NCBI GenBank assembly: GCA_964016885.1 | Contig: OZ024744.1 | Span: 76,756,001-76,820,000 of the forward strand | Origin: Eledone cirrhosa | Taxonomy: Eukaryota | DNA: 64,000 bases | Direction of reading: 5' to 3' | Shown: one piece after another, positions 39,139 to 52,356 of the stretch | Position numbering within the stretch: position 1 is the first letter of the stretch | How the letters are laid out: each line of letters starts with the position of its first letter | The notes under the pieces: generated by a model | Database searches by the model: none | Told to the model about the DNA's origin: nothing | Seen by the model: the letters and a program-made list of their open reading frames with translations, nothing else | Position numbers and translations under genes: made by a program

Positions 39139-41246
39139 ATGGATTTATACGAACTGGATTACCCCCTGAAGAACATTCCAACTCCCTCCAACCATGTTTA
39201 CCAAAAGCTTCTCCTACAAAAAGCGGAAGATGTCGTCAGACGCTTAAGATGGCGAGCCCTAGCTTTTGACGGCAAAATTACAAGCACCTATAACACCTTC
39301 AACCTGAAATCGAGAGTCTACCCCCCTAAGGTAACTGAACTTGCTCTTTTCGAGGCGGACTTTCTTGACTTAGTCGCTAACATTTCCTTTCGCAAACACC
39401 CTAACACCTTTCAAACTAAACTCAGAAATGATATTAAGAAATTTAGGTTTTCTAATAACACCTTCGTCTTTCTGACAAAACTAATAATATTTACGAAGTT
39501 GACAACACCACTTTCCGCCACCTGGCCCATAACGCTATTACTTCCAAATATAAGAAAGCTAACCCTATGGCCTACCACGACATTAATACAGAAGCCAAAG
39601 AACTTGCCGCCGCCCTTAAGGTAGATAAGCAGCTACAATCTCTAGCTAAGCGGGAGACGTTCCTCACCCTGAAAGATCACAAGGTAGACTTTACTTCTAA
39701 CCCCACATGTAGACTAATAAACCCGGCACGCACAGATATGGGACTAGTCACTAAGGCCATACTTAGAAACCTAGTTAAGACCATTAGGACCAAGTCCAAC
39801 CTGCCCCAGTGGGAGAACAGCGACTCCGTAATTAAGTGGTTTAACTCCTTAAAATCCAAAAGAGCGAAGTTCACACAGTTTGACATTGTCGATTTTTACC
39901 CGTCGATCTCAGAGACCCAGTTAAACAAAGCGTTGGACTTCGCTACCACTTACACGACCGTCGATGGTTTAGACAGGGAAATCATCGCTCACTGCCGGAA
40001 AAACCTTCTCTTCAACAACGGAGTAGCTTGGGCAAAGAAGTCTACAACTTCAGACTTATTCGACGTCTCCATGGGATCGTTTGACAGTGCTGACGTATGT
40101 GACTTGGTTGGCCTATTTATTTTAGACATATTACGTGTTAGATTCCCGGACTTCCACACGGGAATATACCGCGACGATGGACTGACCTTATCGATCCATA
40201 AAAGTGGTCACGACCTCGACCGGTTTAAAAAAGACTTAGCTTCTACCTTCAATGAGTTAGGACTTAGGATAACAGTAGCTACCAACCTCTCTAGCGTAGA
40301 TTTCTTAGACATTAATTTAGACCTTCGCACACACACCCACAGACCCTTCCATAAACTAAACGAAAATCTCAATTACATTCACAAGGACTCATGCCACCCT
40401 CCCACTGTTTTTAGAAACTTCGTAAATAATATCAGTACTAGAATCTCAAACCTCTCCTCTAATAAGGCTATCTATGACAGAGCAGCACCCTACTATAAGA
40501 CGGCGTTAGCTAACAGCGGCTTCTCACAACCTATCACTTACTCTCCCACTATCAACAACAGCAATAAGAAAAGAAAGCGCAACAATAGACAAACTATCTG
40601 GTTATCTCCTCCCTTCTCACTCAACGTTAAAACCAATGTAGGCAAAATATTTCTAGCCCTCTTAGATAGAGACTTCCCCATAGGTCATAAATACCGCTCC
40701 ATCTTTAACCGACACAAAGTAAAACTGGTATAATCCTGCGCTAAGAACATGAAGGCCCGTATCACCAGCAGCCCTAGGAGCAACACCCCACCAGGGTGCT
40801 CTTGCCGTAAGCCCGAAGCTTGCCACCTTCAACAGCAATGCAACACACCAGCTGTAATTTATGAAGCAGTGGTCACTTCCAACAGACCAAACGAACCACA
40901 GGAGGTCAAATCCTATGTGGGCATGGCGGAGGGCGGATTTAAGGAACGTTTCCTGAACCATCAGTCGACCTTTAGGTACCCGGACAGACGTTCATCCACG
41001 AAACTCGCGACCCACGTATGGTCCCTCAAGGACTCAAGTATAGACTACTCCATTCAATGGAAAGCCATCACTAAGTCCAAGCCATACGCAAGGGGAAATC
41101 CGTCGTGTAGACTGTGTATTGATGAACGAATAAATATTCTAAATAGATTATGCAATAGTGATTGCCTAAACACGAGAAATGAATTTTTCACACGTTGTCC
41201 ACACGTCTCGAAACACCTATTGCATAACTACAAAGCTCCGGATTGA
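39139..41246 (+). pseudogene. PLE RT plus GIY-YIG endonuclease ORF with two lesions
   Basis: 1-nt frameshift at ~39470 (F-[A]-DKT) and in-frame TAA at 40731-40733 (KVKLV*SC). Confidence 0.88.
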
Positions 41247-41412
41247 ATGAATTATTGTAACAACATTAACATTTTTTCTTATCCACTAAAAGGTTTTCGG
41301 ACTTTCGCAGTTATCTCCCTTACACCTCTCGCATGCAGTTTAGTATTGCCTGTGTGAAGGGACGGGTTTCTGCGCATGCGCGTTCCTTCGGTTGTCCTTC
41401 CTGTTCCGTATA

Positions 41413-41470
41413 ACCATGCCCATTACGAGCTGAGGATCCGCTAAGGTGAAACAACTGTTCTCGGTATGGT
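41413..41470 (+). ncRNA. Hammerhead ribozyme in Naiad-like 3' pLTR
   Basis: cgag-CTGAGGA-t-cc-gctaa-gg-t-GAAA-caactg-TT-ctcg. Confidence 0.75.
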
Positions 41471-41511
41471 AAACTAACTTTTGTGTAACCACTTCTATAT
41501 ATATATATATA

Positions 41512-41605
41512 TAGGAACGAGTAGGACCCCGACGGATGAGCTCAAGCCATTTCGACGGCTAATTCTTGACTCCAGAATTAGCCGTCGAAACGGCTTGAGC
41601 TCAGC
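41512..41605. mobile_element. Fold-back element (family F, copy 4)
   Basis: gagctcaagccatttcgacggctaattc...gaattagccgtcgaaacggcttgagctc. Confidence 0.7.
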
Positions 41606-41636
<31 letters not shown>

Positions 41637-41640
41637 CATA

Positions 41641-41675
<35 letters not shown>

Positions 41676-41702
41676 TTATACATATATATATATATACATA
41701 TA

Positions 41703-41843
<141 letters not shown>

Positions 41844-41967
41844 ATATACATTTATATAGTAATAATAATAAAATTGAAGACTAAAATCCAAAGAGGGCTC
41901 GATAAGGAAAATATATATCCAATATATAAGAACCGAAGAGCAAATATTTATTAAAATAACAGATTAA

Positions 41968-42018
41968 AGTTTAAGCAAAGAATCGCTGCTTTCACCCTTA
42001 ACGGGATCTTCTGAAACT
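41968..42018 (-). ncRNA. Hammerhead-like motif with CAGAAGA core
   Basis: Reverse complement of the 10649-10699 motif; a short inverted copy lies at 42064-42097. Confidence 0.6.
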
Positions 42019-42094
42019 AACAAAGTCAATCTGTACACGCAGAACTGGATATTTCAAAAAACGTTTGCTTAAACTTTAATCTGTTATTTTAATA

Positions 42095-42151
<57 letters not shown>

Positions 42152-42171
42152 TATATATATATATATATATA

Positions 42172-42375
42172 TAGGAACCAGTAAGACCCCGACAGCTGAG
42201 CTCAAGCCGTTTCGACGGCTAATTCTGGACCAGAATTAGGTCCAGAATTAGCCGTCGAAACGGCTTGAGCTCAGCTGTCGGGGTCTTACTGGTTCCTATT
42301 ACCCACTCTACTACCTCAAGTATTGAGTACTTTGGTGCGTTATGGTCCACCTGGTTCCTTACCACATTTCCTTCG

Positions 42376-42378
<3 letters not shown>
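42172..42378 (+). mobile_element. Fold-back element (family F, copy 5), 60-bp perfect arms
   Basis: 42172-42231 and 42239-42298 are reverse complements with a 7-nt loop. Confidence 0.85.
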
Positions 42379-42429
<51 letters not shown>

Positions 42430-42431
<2 letters not shown>

Positions 42432-42752
42432 ATGATATTAATAAATGGAAACTATATTTATAAAACCATATTTATTCTATTATATATATTTCAAGGGTAC
42501 CAAAACTTTGGTACGCACACATCAGATAAAATGCAAACTTTGTTTTATAAATATTGACATATCCATGAAGGAGATCTTAACGGTTCAAGTTTTTACGTTA
42601 AGATCTCCTTCCTGGATATGTCAACATTTATAAAACAACAATCTTTGTATTTTATCTGATGAGGGCGTATCAAAGTTTTGGTACCCTTGAAATATATATA
42701 ATAGAATAAATATGGTTTTATAAATATAGTTTCCATTTATTTAATATCATTG
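42430..42752. repeat. Inverted repeat (~150-bp arms) carrying HHR motifs
   Basis: Centre ...ggagatcttaacg-gttcaagttttta-cgttaagatctcc... Confidence 0.9.
42650..42706 (+). ncRNA. Minimal hammerhead ribozyme
   Basis: ttttat-CTGATGA-gggcgtatcaaagttttggtaccctt-GAAA-tatata-TA-atagaa; the opposite arm has the mutated core CTGATGT. Confidence 0.75.
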
Positions 42753-42844
42753 AATATTATAATCCAGAAAACCTGTCGAGTGCTTCGAATCAGTTATAAA
42801 TATATATATTTGTTGAATTACCAACAAATTAAATATCCCTTTTG

Positions 42845-42917
<73 letters not shown>

Positions 42918-43005
42918 AAAGTGTGTATATATATATAATAAAAGTATAGTCCGTATGCCAGAGGTTCAATAGCAAGTTAATAAATTAACAAGCCAGAAAA
43001 TATAA

Positions 43006-43484
<479 letters not shown>

Positions 43485-43654
43485 ATATATGTTCAGTGGA
43501 TCCATACGTACATATATGTATGTGTGCATGTATGTATATATATACATGCTGCTGTGCTTCTGAATTCATATATGTATGTACGTATACATACTTATATTTA
43601 AGTAACAGCCGTACTAAGAGTGAGAAATGAAATTTCGTTTCATTTTTTCCATTT

Positions 43655-43724
<70 letters not shown>

Positions 43725-44236
43725 ATATGTGTATGTGTATATGTATATATATGTATGTATATATATATATATATGTGTGTGTGTATGTGAATGTGTCTGT
43801 TGACACCTGGAATATAGCTTAAGAGAAATATGACAATAATGATATGATAGGCACCCAATATTTTGAACTGGTTTATAGAATTCTCTGGGGCTTTGTCACT
43901 CTAAGTAGAGCTTTAAAGAATTAGCTTTTAAAGAATTTCCCTTTTCTTTAAATCCATCAACCATGACCGACCGACCTCCAACGATCTTATAGACACCTGA
44001 AATATAGGCATTGTTAGCTTAAGAGAAACTTAAAAATAAGGAGTGGCACCCCATTCTGAACTTGTTTATAGAATTCTTTCTGCCTTTGTCACTCTAAATA
44101 TAAATTATAGGCTTAAAGAATTAGCTTTTAATGAATTCCCTTTTCTTTCAACCAATGACCTCCACCCATCACACTCCCCACCCTCTCCTACCACCTGAAA
44201 ACATATAAATACCACAACATTTATTTTTGCAAAGCC

Positions 44237-44287
44237 AGATTCCTGATGATTTCTAAAGAATGAAACAGTTCTAGTCCTGTAGAATCT
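44237..44287 (+). ncRNA. Hammerhead ribozyme
   Basis: agattc-CTGATGA-t-ttc-taaa-gaa-t-GAAA-cag-ttctagtc-ctg-TA-gaatct; GUA site. Confidence 0.85.
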
Positions 44288-44445
44288 CATCTATATTAAA
44301 CTTTTATACTCTGGTATGTATTGAGTACCTTACTTACTGTAGTTACCTCCGATTCAACCCGGAATAACATAAATTTATATATATATAGACAGAGAGATAG
44401 ATAGATAAATATACACTGGTGTGTATGATTGTGTATAAAAGATTA

Positions 44446-46180
44446 TATTAATAAAAGGAATTCCAACTTTGTCTGATTTACTCGTTTTATTTACAATCCT
44501 TTAAAATTTATAATGGTATTAGAATGAAATGGTATGGTAGAATATTAAATGTTAAGTGTTAATTGAACAAGTACTTTCATGCTTTCGCAATCTTCAGGTT
44601 CATAATGTGTGGTGACAGTCAAGTTTGCAATTTTCAACTGTAATGAGATGGGTAAATTTTGTGCCTTATATACAGTGAAAAGTGGCTTCAGAATGCTAAA
44701 TCTTGCAAACTGTATTTCGACCAATCGGTGTGTAGTTTCACTGGATTACTAAAGCTGATTGGTTTAGGTGTCACGGTTGGTTGAGCATGTCTAACGACTA
44801 CTAATTGACCCTATCCAAAGCATCAATTCTTTTGCTATTTTTAGAAATGATGAAAATAGCATTTTATAGTAATCATCACCATCAACATCACTTTTATTAT
44901 TATTATTATTATTATTGTTGTTGTTGTTGTTAGTGGTCGTAGTCATAGTCATAGTAGGATTAATAACCCATTATTATTGTTCATTTAGCTTCGGTTTGAA
45001 TTTATCAATAAAATTCTTTTCTTTGATTTTTCTCTTGATTTCACTTGGGCTGTGTAATTTGTAGAATGGGAATATTATAAATATTCCCTGACCACATGTT
45101 GTTAGATGGTTACTTAGGAGTATCTGACGGACATGTGGGTCTCTGATTTGCTGTCGATGTACCCGTGCACGTTCCGATAGTGCATTTCCAGTTTGACCGA
45201 CATATAGTTCTTCACAATTCGGGCATTTAATGCAGTAAATTAGATTTCTGCTTTTGCAGTTTATATTTGCATTTGGGAATATTTTTCCAGTTTTTGTTTT
45301 CATATATTGACCGGCGTGTATGGATTGATATGTGCCACATCGACTATCATTGCATTTAGATACAGTGAATGATTGGTCTTTGTTGTTAAGGTCAAACTTT
45401 GTTTTTGTTAGTAATTGCTTCAAATTTTTCGGCTGTCTTTTACTAAGAGTCAAAGATCGATCAGTGATTAAGCCTTTTAATTCATTACTTTGAGCAATGA
45501 TCGGTAGGTTTGCTTTGGCAGTGTTGAAGATATTCTGGTGACATCGGTTGTGTGTCATTATAAATGGTATGACCGGTTCTTGGTTTCTTCTTCTTTGGGT
45601 TGTCCTAAGTTGTTGTATAGGTATTTTTATAGCCCGCTGTATGCCATTTTCTATAAGAAGAGATGGGTATTTTTATTTGAGCAAAAATTCTCTTAGTTCT
45701 GTTAGGCGTTTGTACCTGGTATTCGTATCTTCTACAATGGTACAAATTCTTCTGGCTAGGCAGTATGGGCTGTTGCGTTTTGTGTGAGGTGGATGGCACG
45801 ACTTAAAATTCAGATATTGATGGGTGTCTGTGTGTTTATAATATATATCCGTGGTGTCGTTTTTGATTATCATATCTAGGAATGGTAATTTGGTACTACT
45901 CATCTCTTTTGTGAATTGGAGAGATGGGTGTAGGTTATTCAGGAGGATATTGAACTCATCTAGAGTATCTAGAGATTCTGTCCAGATGATGAAACAGTCG
46001 TCAAGGTATCTCTTCCAAGATTTTTCAATGTACTTTCTAAAGTCAGTGCTATATTTTTCCTCTATTTCTTGGTAGAGTTGTTGTTCTAAGTATCCTATTC
46101 ATTCTAATACCATTATAAATTTTAAAGGATTGTAAATAAAACGAGTAAATCAGACAAAGTTGGAATTCCTTTTATTAATA
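44446..46180 (-). mobile_element. 5'-truncated Penelope-like element (Neptune-like) with inverted terminal copy
   Basis: RT WKRYLDDCFIIW, LPFLD, YYKHTD; GIY-YIG NCKSRNLIYCIKCPNC..YVGQT; 46097-46180 mirrors 44446-44528. Confidence 0.88.
44564..44602 (-). ncRNA. Minimal hammerhead ribozyme in PLE 3' pLTR
   Basis: Reverse strand tgaac-CTGAAGA-t-tgc-gaaa-gca-t-GAAA-gtac-TT-gttca. Confidence 0.85.
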
Positions 46181-46193
46181 TATATATACACAC

Positions 46194-46350
<157 letters not shown>

Positions 46351-46543
46351 TATATATATATATATACACATAAATATATATATATATATACACATACATA
46401 TATTTATACATATATATATATGTATATACACACACATATATACATATCTATTGGTATATCATCACCATCATCATCATGGGGTGTTACAATTATTGTCACA
46501 GAGCAACAACTGAAACCAGTAAAAGGAAAAGTTTATATAGTGC

Positions 46544-46595
<52 letters not shown>

Positions 46596-47099
46596 TAGAT
46601 AGATATGAGAGACAACAACAGATGTGTTTAAGATAGAGAAGGATTTATGTTTTCCGACTATATCTTATTTTATTGTATTTTTGATTTTATCTTATCACAA
46701 GTATCTATTCAAATACTTTCTTTTTGTTTTCGTTTATCCATTCATCCGAACATCCTTATTAATGTTCGTTTGCTTTTTGTTACACTACTCCAAAGATCAG
46801 GAAATTTGTTACACTACTCCTCCAAAGATTTGGGAAATTTGAAGATTCAGCTTCAGTAAATAGTATATTTTGATACTCTCTTTATTATCAATATATAAAA
46901 TACTGTCATATTTCTTCTCTTGTTTACACTAAAGTGTTTACATTCAGATGTTTATCTGCATGAATGTATGTGTGTATCATCATCATCATCGTTTAACATC
47001 CATTTTTTTCCCGGGTTGTCCCGCCTGAGGCAAGTCAGGTCAGATGACCGTGTCTTTATTACACAGAACTGATTTTGACTTGGTTCTCTGAATTGAGAG

Positions 47100-47540
47100 A
47101 TCACAGCTACGATACTATGGGCATGTGGTTGAAATGTCTCAAGAAAGAATTGCTGGACAGATTTTACGGGTAGAACCAACCGGCCGAAGACTCAGGGGTA
47201 GACCACGAGCAAAATAGTTGGATAACATCCATGAGCTTGGCTGGTCATGCTTGTGGATCCAGCTGGATCAGTTAGAGACAGTTGCATCTGACAGAACATG
47301 TTGGAAGGCATGCGCGACCCTCCCAGGAAGAAGAAGAAGAAGAAGAAGAAGAAGAAGAAGAAGAAGAAGAAGAAGAAGAAGAAGAAGAAGAAGAAGAAGA
47401 AGAAGAAGAAGAAGAAGAAGAAGAAGAAGAAGAAGAAGAAGAAGAAGAAGAAGAAGAAGAAGAAGAAGAAGAAGAAGAAGAAGAAGAAGAAGAAGAAGAA
47501 GAAGAAGAAGAAGAAGAAGAAGAAGAAGAAGAAGAAGAAG
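47100..47540 (+). mobile_element. RTE-like 3' fragment with long (AAG)n tail
   Basis: YGHV...GRRLRGRP...DRTCWK, then (AAG)n at 47327-47540. Confidence 0.65.
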
Positions 47541-47643
47541 GACCTGGATATATGTTCAGTTGACATTACATTATATGTCTATTGAGCTCTCTCATAATGT
47601 TTACATGAAAATACACATTATTGTATTGGGCCTCTATAAGAGG

Positions 47644-47687
<44 letters not shown>

Positions 47688-48225
47688 GTGATGTTGATGA
47701 TGATGATGATGGTGGTGGTGATGGTGATGATGATGATTATGATGATGATGGTGATGATGATGATGGTGATGATGATGGTGGTGGTGATGGTGATGATGGT
47801 GAGGATGGTGAGGATGGTGGTGGTGATGATGGTGAGGATGGTGGTGATGGTGATGATGGTGATGATGATAGGCATGCTGGTGGTGGTGGTGGTGGTGGTG
47901 GTGGTGATGTTGATGATGATGGTGGTGAGGATGATCATGGTGGTAGTGATGATGGTGATGGTGATGATGGAGAGGATGGTGGTGATGATGGTGGTGGTGG
48001 TGGTTATGGAAAGGATGGTGGTGATGGTGATGATGATGATGGTAATGGTGGTGGTGATGATGGTGATGGTAATGGTGGTGGTGATGATGGAGAGGATGTT
48101 TGGGATTATGATAGTGATGATGATAATAATGATGTTGAAGATGATGATGATGATGATGGTGATGGTGGTGGTAATGATGATGAGTACGATGGTGATGATG
48201 ATGGTGAGGATGATGCAGGTGGTAG
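47644..48225. repeat. (GAT/GGT)n low-complexity tract
   Basis: Direct reading; explains the poly-H/D/M/I ORFs. Confidence 0.95.
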
Positions 48226-48339
48226 GATAAAAGAATAATAACTATTTTTAAACATTTCACTAATTTTAGTTAGATAATCAATTTCAATTATTCAAACTAT
48301 ATTTCATATCAGCTGTCAGAGTAAATTATTGAATATTGA

Positions 48340-48535
48340 TTTCTAAATTAGGTACAAAGCCATCATTTTGAGGGGGTGATAGAGATAGTTGATTATATCG
48401 ACCCCAGCACGTGACTCTTACTTTATTTTATTGACCCCAGAAGGATGAAAGGCAAAGTTGACCTCAGTGGGATTTGAACTCAGAATATAAAGGACTTTGA
48501 CCAATCTTTTAACAATTCTGCCAATCTACTGCCCT
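48340..48535 (-). mobile_element. Meta-domain SINE
   Basis: gaaggatgaaaggcaaagttgacc...gggatttgaactc. Confidence 0.75.
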
Positions 48536-48924
48536 TAAATTTCTTAATATTGCCCCCCCCCCCCCCCCAATAACAAAACTAAGCATTGAAAAAAAACATG
48601 GCATTTCAATGAGGAATCTCGACTTGTTGAACTGGTATTTATGGAGAGATGTGGAATATTGGAACCACTGGATTATTGCAATCAATGGAATTGGAATTGG
48701 TAGTTCACTGATACATATACAATATATTGGTGGTTCATTTAAAATACAGTAGATCAAATTTGGTGGTTCTTTGAAAAATATAGAACATTACATATCTAAC
48801 CCATGCTAGCGTTGAGGATGGACGTTAAACGATGATGGTGATGATTACATCTGGTGTTGAATTGAATTATGTAGAATATTACATCTGGGGATAAATTAAG
48901 TTATGTATAACATTATATCTGGTG

Positions 48925-51870
48925 ATGGAGCACCTCTCTCTCCATTCTGATCCTTCTTCTAAAATAGTATTTGAAAAAAATGGCCAGTTGTTGGCCGGAG
49001 AGAACGGTGTCTGACCTCAGCCCTTTCAACTTCGTCCACCATAGCTATCATACAGAGGAAAACCGCCTCTCATTCGTTTTTGAAGGGAGGAGGCGGTTTG
49101 ATCGTGACAATGTACTCGGTGGTCAACCGGATTGGTCCCACCCGCGACAGTAGTCGTTTCACATAGCCCCACAGGTCAGCGTACGAATGCGTGCGCGACG
49201 GTTTCCTCGTCACGCACGTATCTCGGACAGATCTTTTTCGAGGGGTCCCTACCCGGGCGCCCGTGTCTGTAGAGCTTGTCCCGAACGGGTAGAGCTCCTC
49301 GGTAGCACTGCCAAGCCAGGGACTTTTGGAAGTTGTCAATCGGTCCCGGGCCAAACGTCTTACCGAACAGACTGGCTAGTTCGTCTTCCTCCATGCCCAG
49401 AGCTTCTCCGAGAGCGTCGTTGCACTTGCTGCGCACCAACCCTCTATAGAATGTTGAGGTGGAGTCGCCACTGATTGCCGGATCCGCTTGCCAAAGGGCC
49501 ATGAGCGCCTGGGCACATTCAATGTGCCAGTCGCCCACTTTTCTCGGTCTTTGCTTGACTCAGGATTGCAGCTCGGTGAGTGAGACGAGTCTCGGAAAGG
49601 CTCGCCTCACGAACGGGGCCCAGACCGGTTGACCGGTGAGGAATACCTGGAGATGCCGTAGCCTTAATGCGTGTTTACGCATCGTCAGCCATGGCATCCC
49701 CAGCACGACGGTCAAGCGGTATTAGATGACGGACGCTATATAAGTGTTCGCCACCTCCGCTCGACCTTTCAGGGATAGTTTGCACTCGGCCCACTTCTGG
49801 GCGAGTGCAAACACCCTGCCCGTTACCTCGTCCCAGTTGTTCTCCACCTGAAGGTCTGGTCCGAACCAGACCCCGAGCAGCTTCACCGGCCCCTTCGTCC
49901 AGCGTCGGAGGGAATCGGTTTGTCTCTCCACGTCCTGAGTTGCAAAGCGACGGACTTGTTCCGGTTCAGCTTGGCTCCTGTAAACCTTTCGTATTCCTCC
50001 AGTAAGGTGCCGATCTCCCCGATTTCGGAGGCGCACGACACCATTACTGTCACGCCATCGGCGTACACCGACACCACTTTCCGCAATCCCGGTTCCAAGG
50101 GGATGCCCTGTAACAGCTCCAACTTCCGCAGTAGTGGCTCGAGAGCCAGTACGTACAGAAGGGAGGAGAGAGGGCATCCCTGTCGGATGGATCGCGTGAT
50201 TTGGAACGGCTCCGACAGGTAGCCGTTCACCTTGACCGTCGAACAGGTGTCGCTGCTGTGTATTGCGGCAATCCAGCCCCTGAAAACGGGTCCGAAGCCT
50301 GCCGTCTCGAGCACCGCATCTAGCTACCGATGGTCGACCCTATCGAACGCCTTAGATTGATCCAGGTTGATCAGGGCCCCACCAAAGCCGGGTTCATTCC
50401 CTACCCTCTCTACGATGTATCGCATGAGGTGGAGGTTGTCGTGTATGGACCTGGGCGGGGTTGCGCATGTCTGCGCTTCTCCCACCAGTTTCCCGACGAC
50501 AAGCGCCAACCTCTTCGCTAACACCTTGGCCAAAATATTTAACTCTCTATTTAGCAGAGTTATGGGCCTGAAGTTATCTATGTCATCCCCCTTGTTCTCG
50601 TCCTTCCTCACTAGCGTGACTACGCCCTTGGTCACAGAACTGGGAATTCTCCCGTTCTGTTGCCAGTTGCAGTAGACCGCTCGAGGAGATCGAAGAACAA
50701 GTCCGGCATCGCTACATAAAGTTCGTATGGTAGACCATCGAGACCCGGAGATTTGCGTTTGCCGCATCGGCTCAGCGCTTCCCCTATTTCAGCGGCTGAA
50801 ATCGGCCTTTCGCAGGACTTCGCCTCCTCGTCTGAGAGCCGCGGCAGACCGTCGAGTTATGGACCGAAATCCATGGTCACACCTGGCCCGCCGCCGCTCC
50901 CGAACAGTCGTGTAAAGCGCCGCTGAAAGGCCGCGCATATCCGCTCAGGTTCAAGGATCACACTCCATCCTGGTCCTTCAAAGACCGAATCGTGTACTTG
51001 TTTCCACTGTTTGCCTCTGTCACTCGGGTCCAGCTAACAGCTTTGGCTCCCTCGTTATCCAGAGCACGTATTTTACTCCTGACAACGCAGCCCTCGTGCT
51101 TCGCGTCAAAGAACTGATCTAGGGCCGTTCTTGACGCCAGCACGCCGGCTACGTTAGCATTCCTAAACGCCTCTTCTACTCTATCTATCAATTCCCTTTC
51201 AGTTCTATTCCTATCTAATGCTAATTGCTGATTAAAACCTATTGATTCTATTCTAATTGCTATCTTGAGAGAGCCCCACACCTGCTGTTGACAATTGTTC
51301 CCGTCAACCGCTGCTTAACTAAAGTGCTAATCCGTTTACTGTAAGCTTTGTTTTTCGGTAAGGACAAGTTCAGCTTCCAGTAACCGGGTCCCTGTCTATG
51401 GGTTCTATCAAGGTTGACTACGCAGGTCAGTAACTTGTGATACGAATAGTCAACCATGAACATTCGTGGACAGCTTAATATGTCCCTATCCTTATTTTAT
51501 TTCTAACTAGGAACCTATCTAGGTATGACCTAGATGATCTGCTACGATTAGTCCACGTCTACAGTGGCACAGTCGGAAAATCTAGTTGATATCTATCGGC
51601 CAGGTCAAATCGGCCGATTAACCGTTTGAGGCTGTTACACACCCCTCTATCGTGACATGCCCCTACATAGTCCCAACGTGCATCCAGGATACCATTCCAG
51701 TCCTCCACTAAAAGCAAGAAACGGGACGTTCCCAGAAAAGTCTCTGGACGTTGGAAGAAGTCTGGTCGCGGTGTCCCAGATGGGGCATACGCTGCCACCA
51801 GCCTGAAGGCTCCACCTTCACTACTGCCGACGTCTAGAACCACCAGTCGACCCTCCGGGTCCAGGTGTAC
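48925..51870 (-). mobile_element. Tx1-clade LINE ORF2, decayed
   Basis: DPEGRLVVLDV, GYWKLN, NFRPITLLN, LDQSKAFDRVDH, QGCPLS, YADG, ALPVRDKL. Confidence 0.9.
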
Positions 51871-52350
51871 CTTACGGGATCGATAAAATAAAGCACCAAT
51901 AATGCACTGGGGCAGTTGCTGGCCTTGTGCCAAAAGTAGAAACAATTATTATTATTAGGGCAGTGGATTGGCTGTATCGGTAAAGGGTCGGACGCCATGC
52001 TTTTTATCCTTACGGGGTCAATAAAATAAAGTACCAGTAATGCACTGAGGTAATTACTAGCCTTGTGCCAAAAGTAGAAACAATTATTATTATTATCCGC
52101 AGTGGGTTGGCAGTATCGGTAGAGCATCAGACAACATGCTTTGTGGCATATAGTTACAGTTTAAGTTCTGAGTTCAAATCCCGCTAAAGTTAGTTTAGCC
52201 TTTCATCCTTTTAGGGTCAATAAAATAAAGAACTAGTAACACACGGGGGTTGATTTAATCAGCTTTCCCATCCCCTTCAGTTGCTGGCCTTGTGCCTAAA
52301 GTAGAAACAATTATTATTATTATTATTATTAAACAATTATTATTATTAAA
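51870..52350 (+). mobile_element. Cluster of three Meta-domain SINE pieces with (ATT)n tails
   Basis: Repeated ...ggccttgtgccaaaagtagaaacaattatt. Confidence 0.85.
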
Positions 52351-52356
52351 CAATTA

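Larger units (their letters stand above)
38885..41496 (+). mobile_element. Near-full-length Penelope-like element, Naiad-like
   Basis: N-terminus YPLKNIPTP..RRLRWRA, DKT motif, RT FDIVDFYPSI / MGSFDSA / YRDDGL, C-terminal GIY-YIG with Cys-rich linker; ends in (TA)n. Confidence 0.9.

Noticed and set aside
39139-41246. Selenoprotein-type Naiad (UGA recoding)
   Set aside because: The internal stop is TAA at a likely Tyr position; no in-frame TGA at Cys positions was seen
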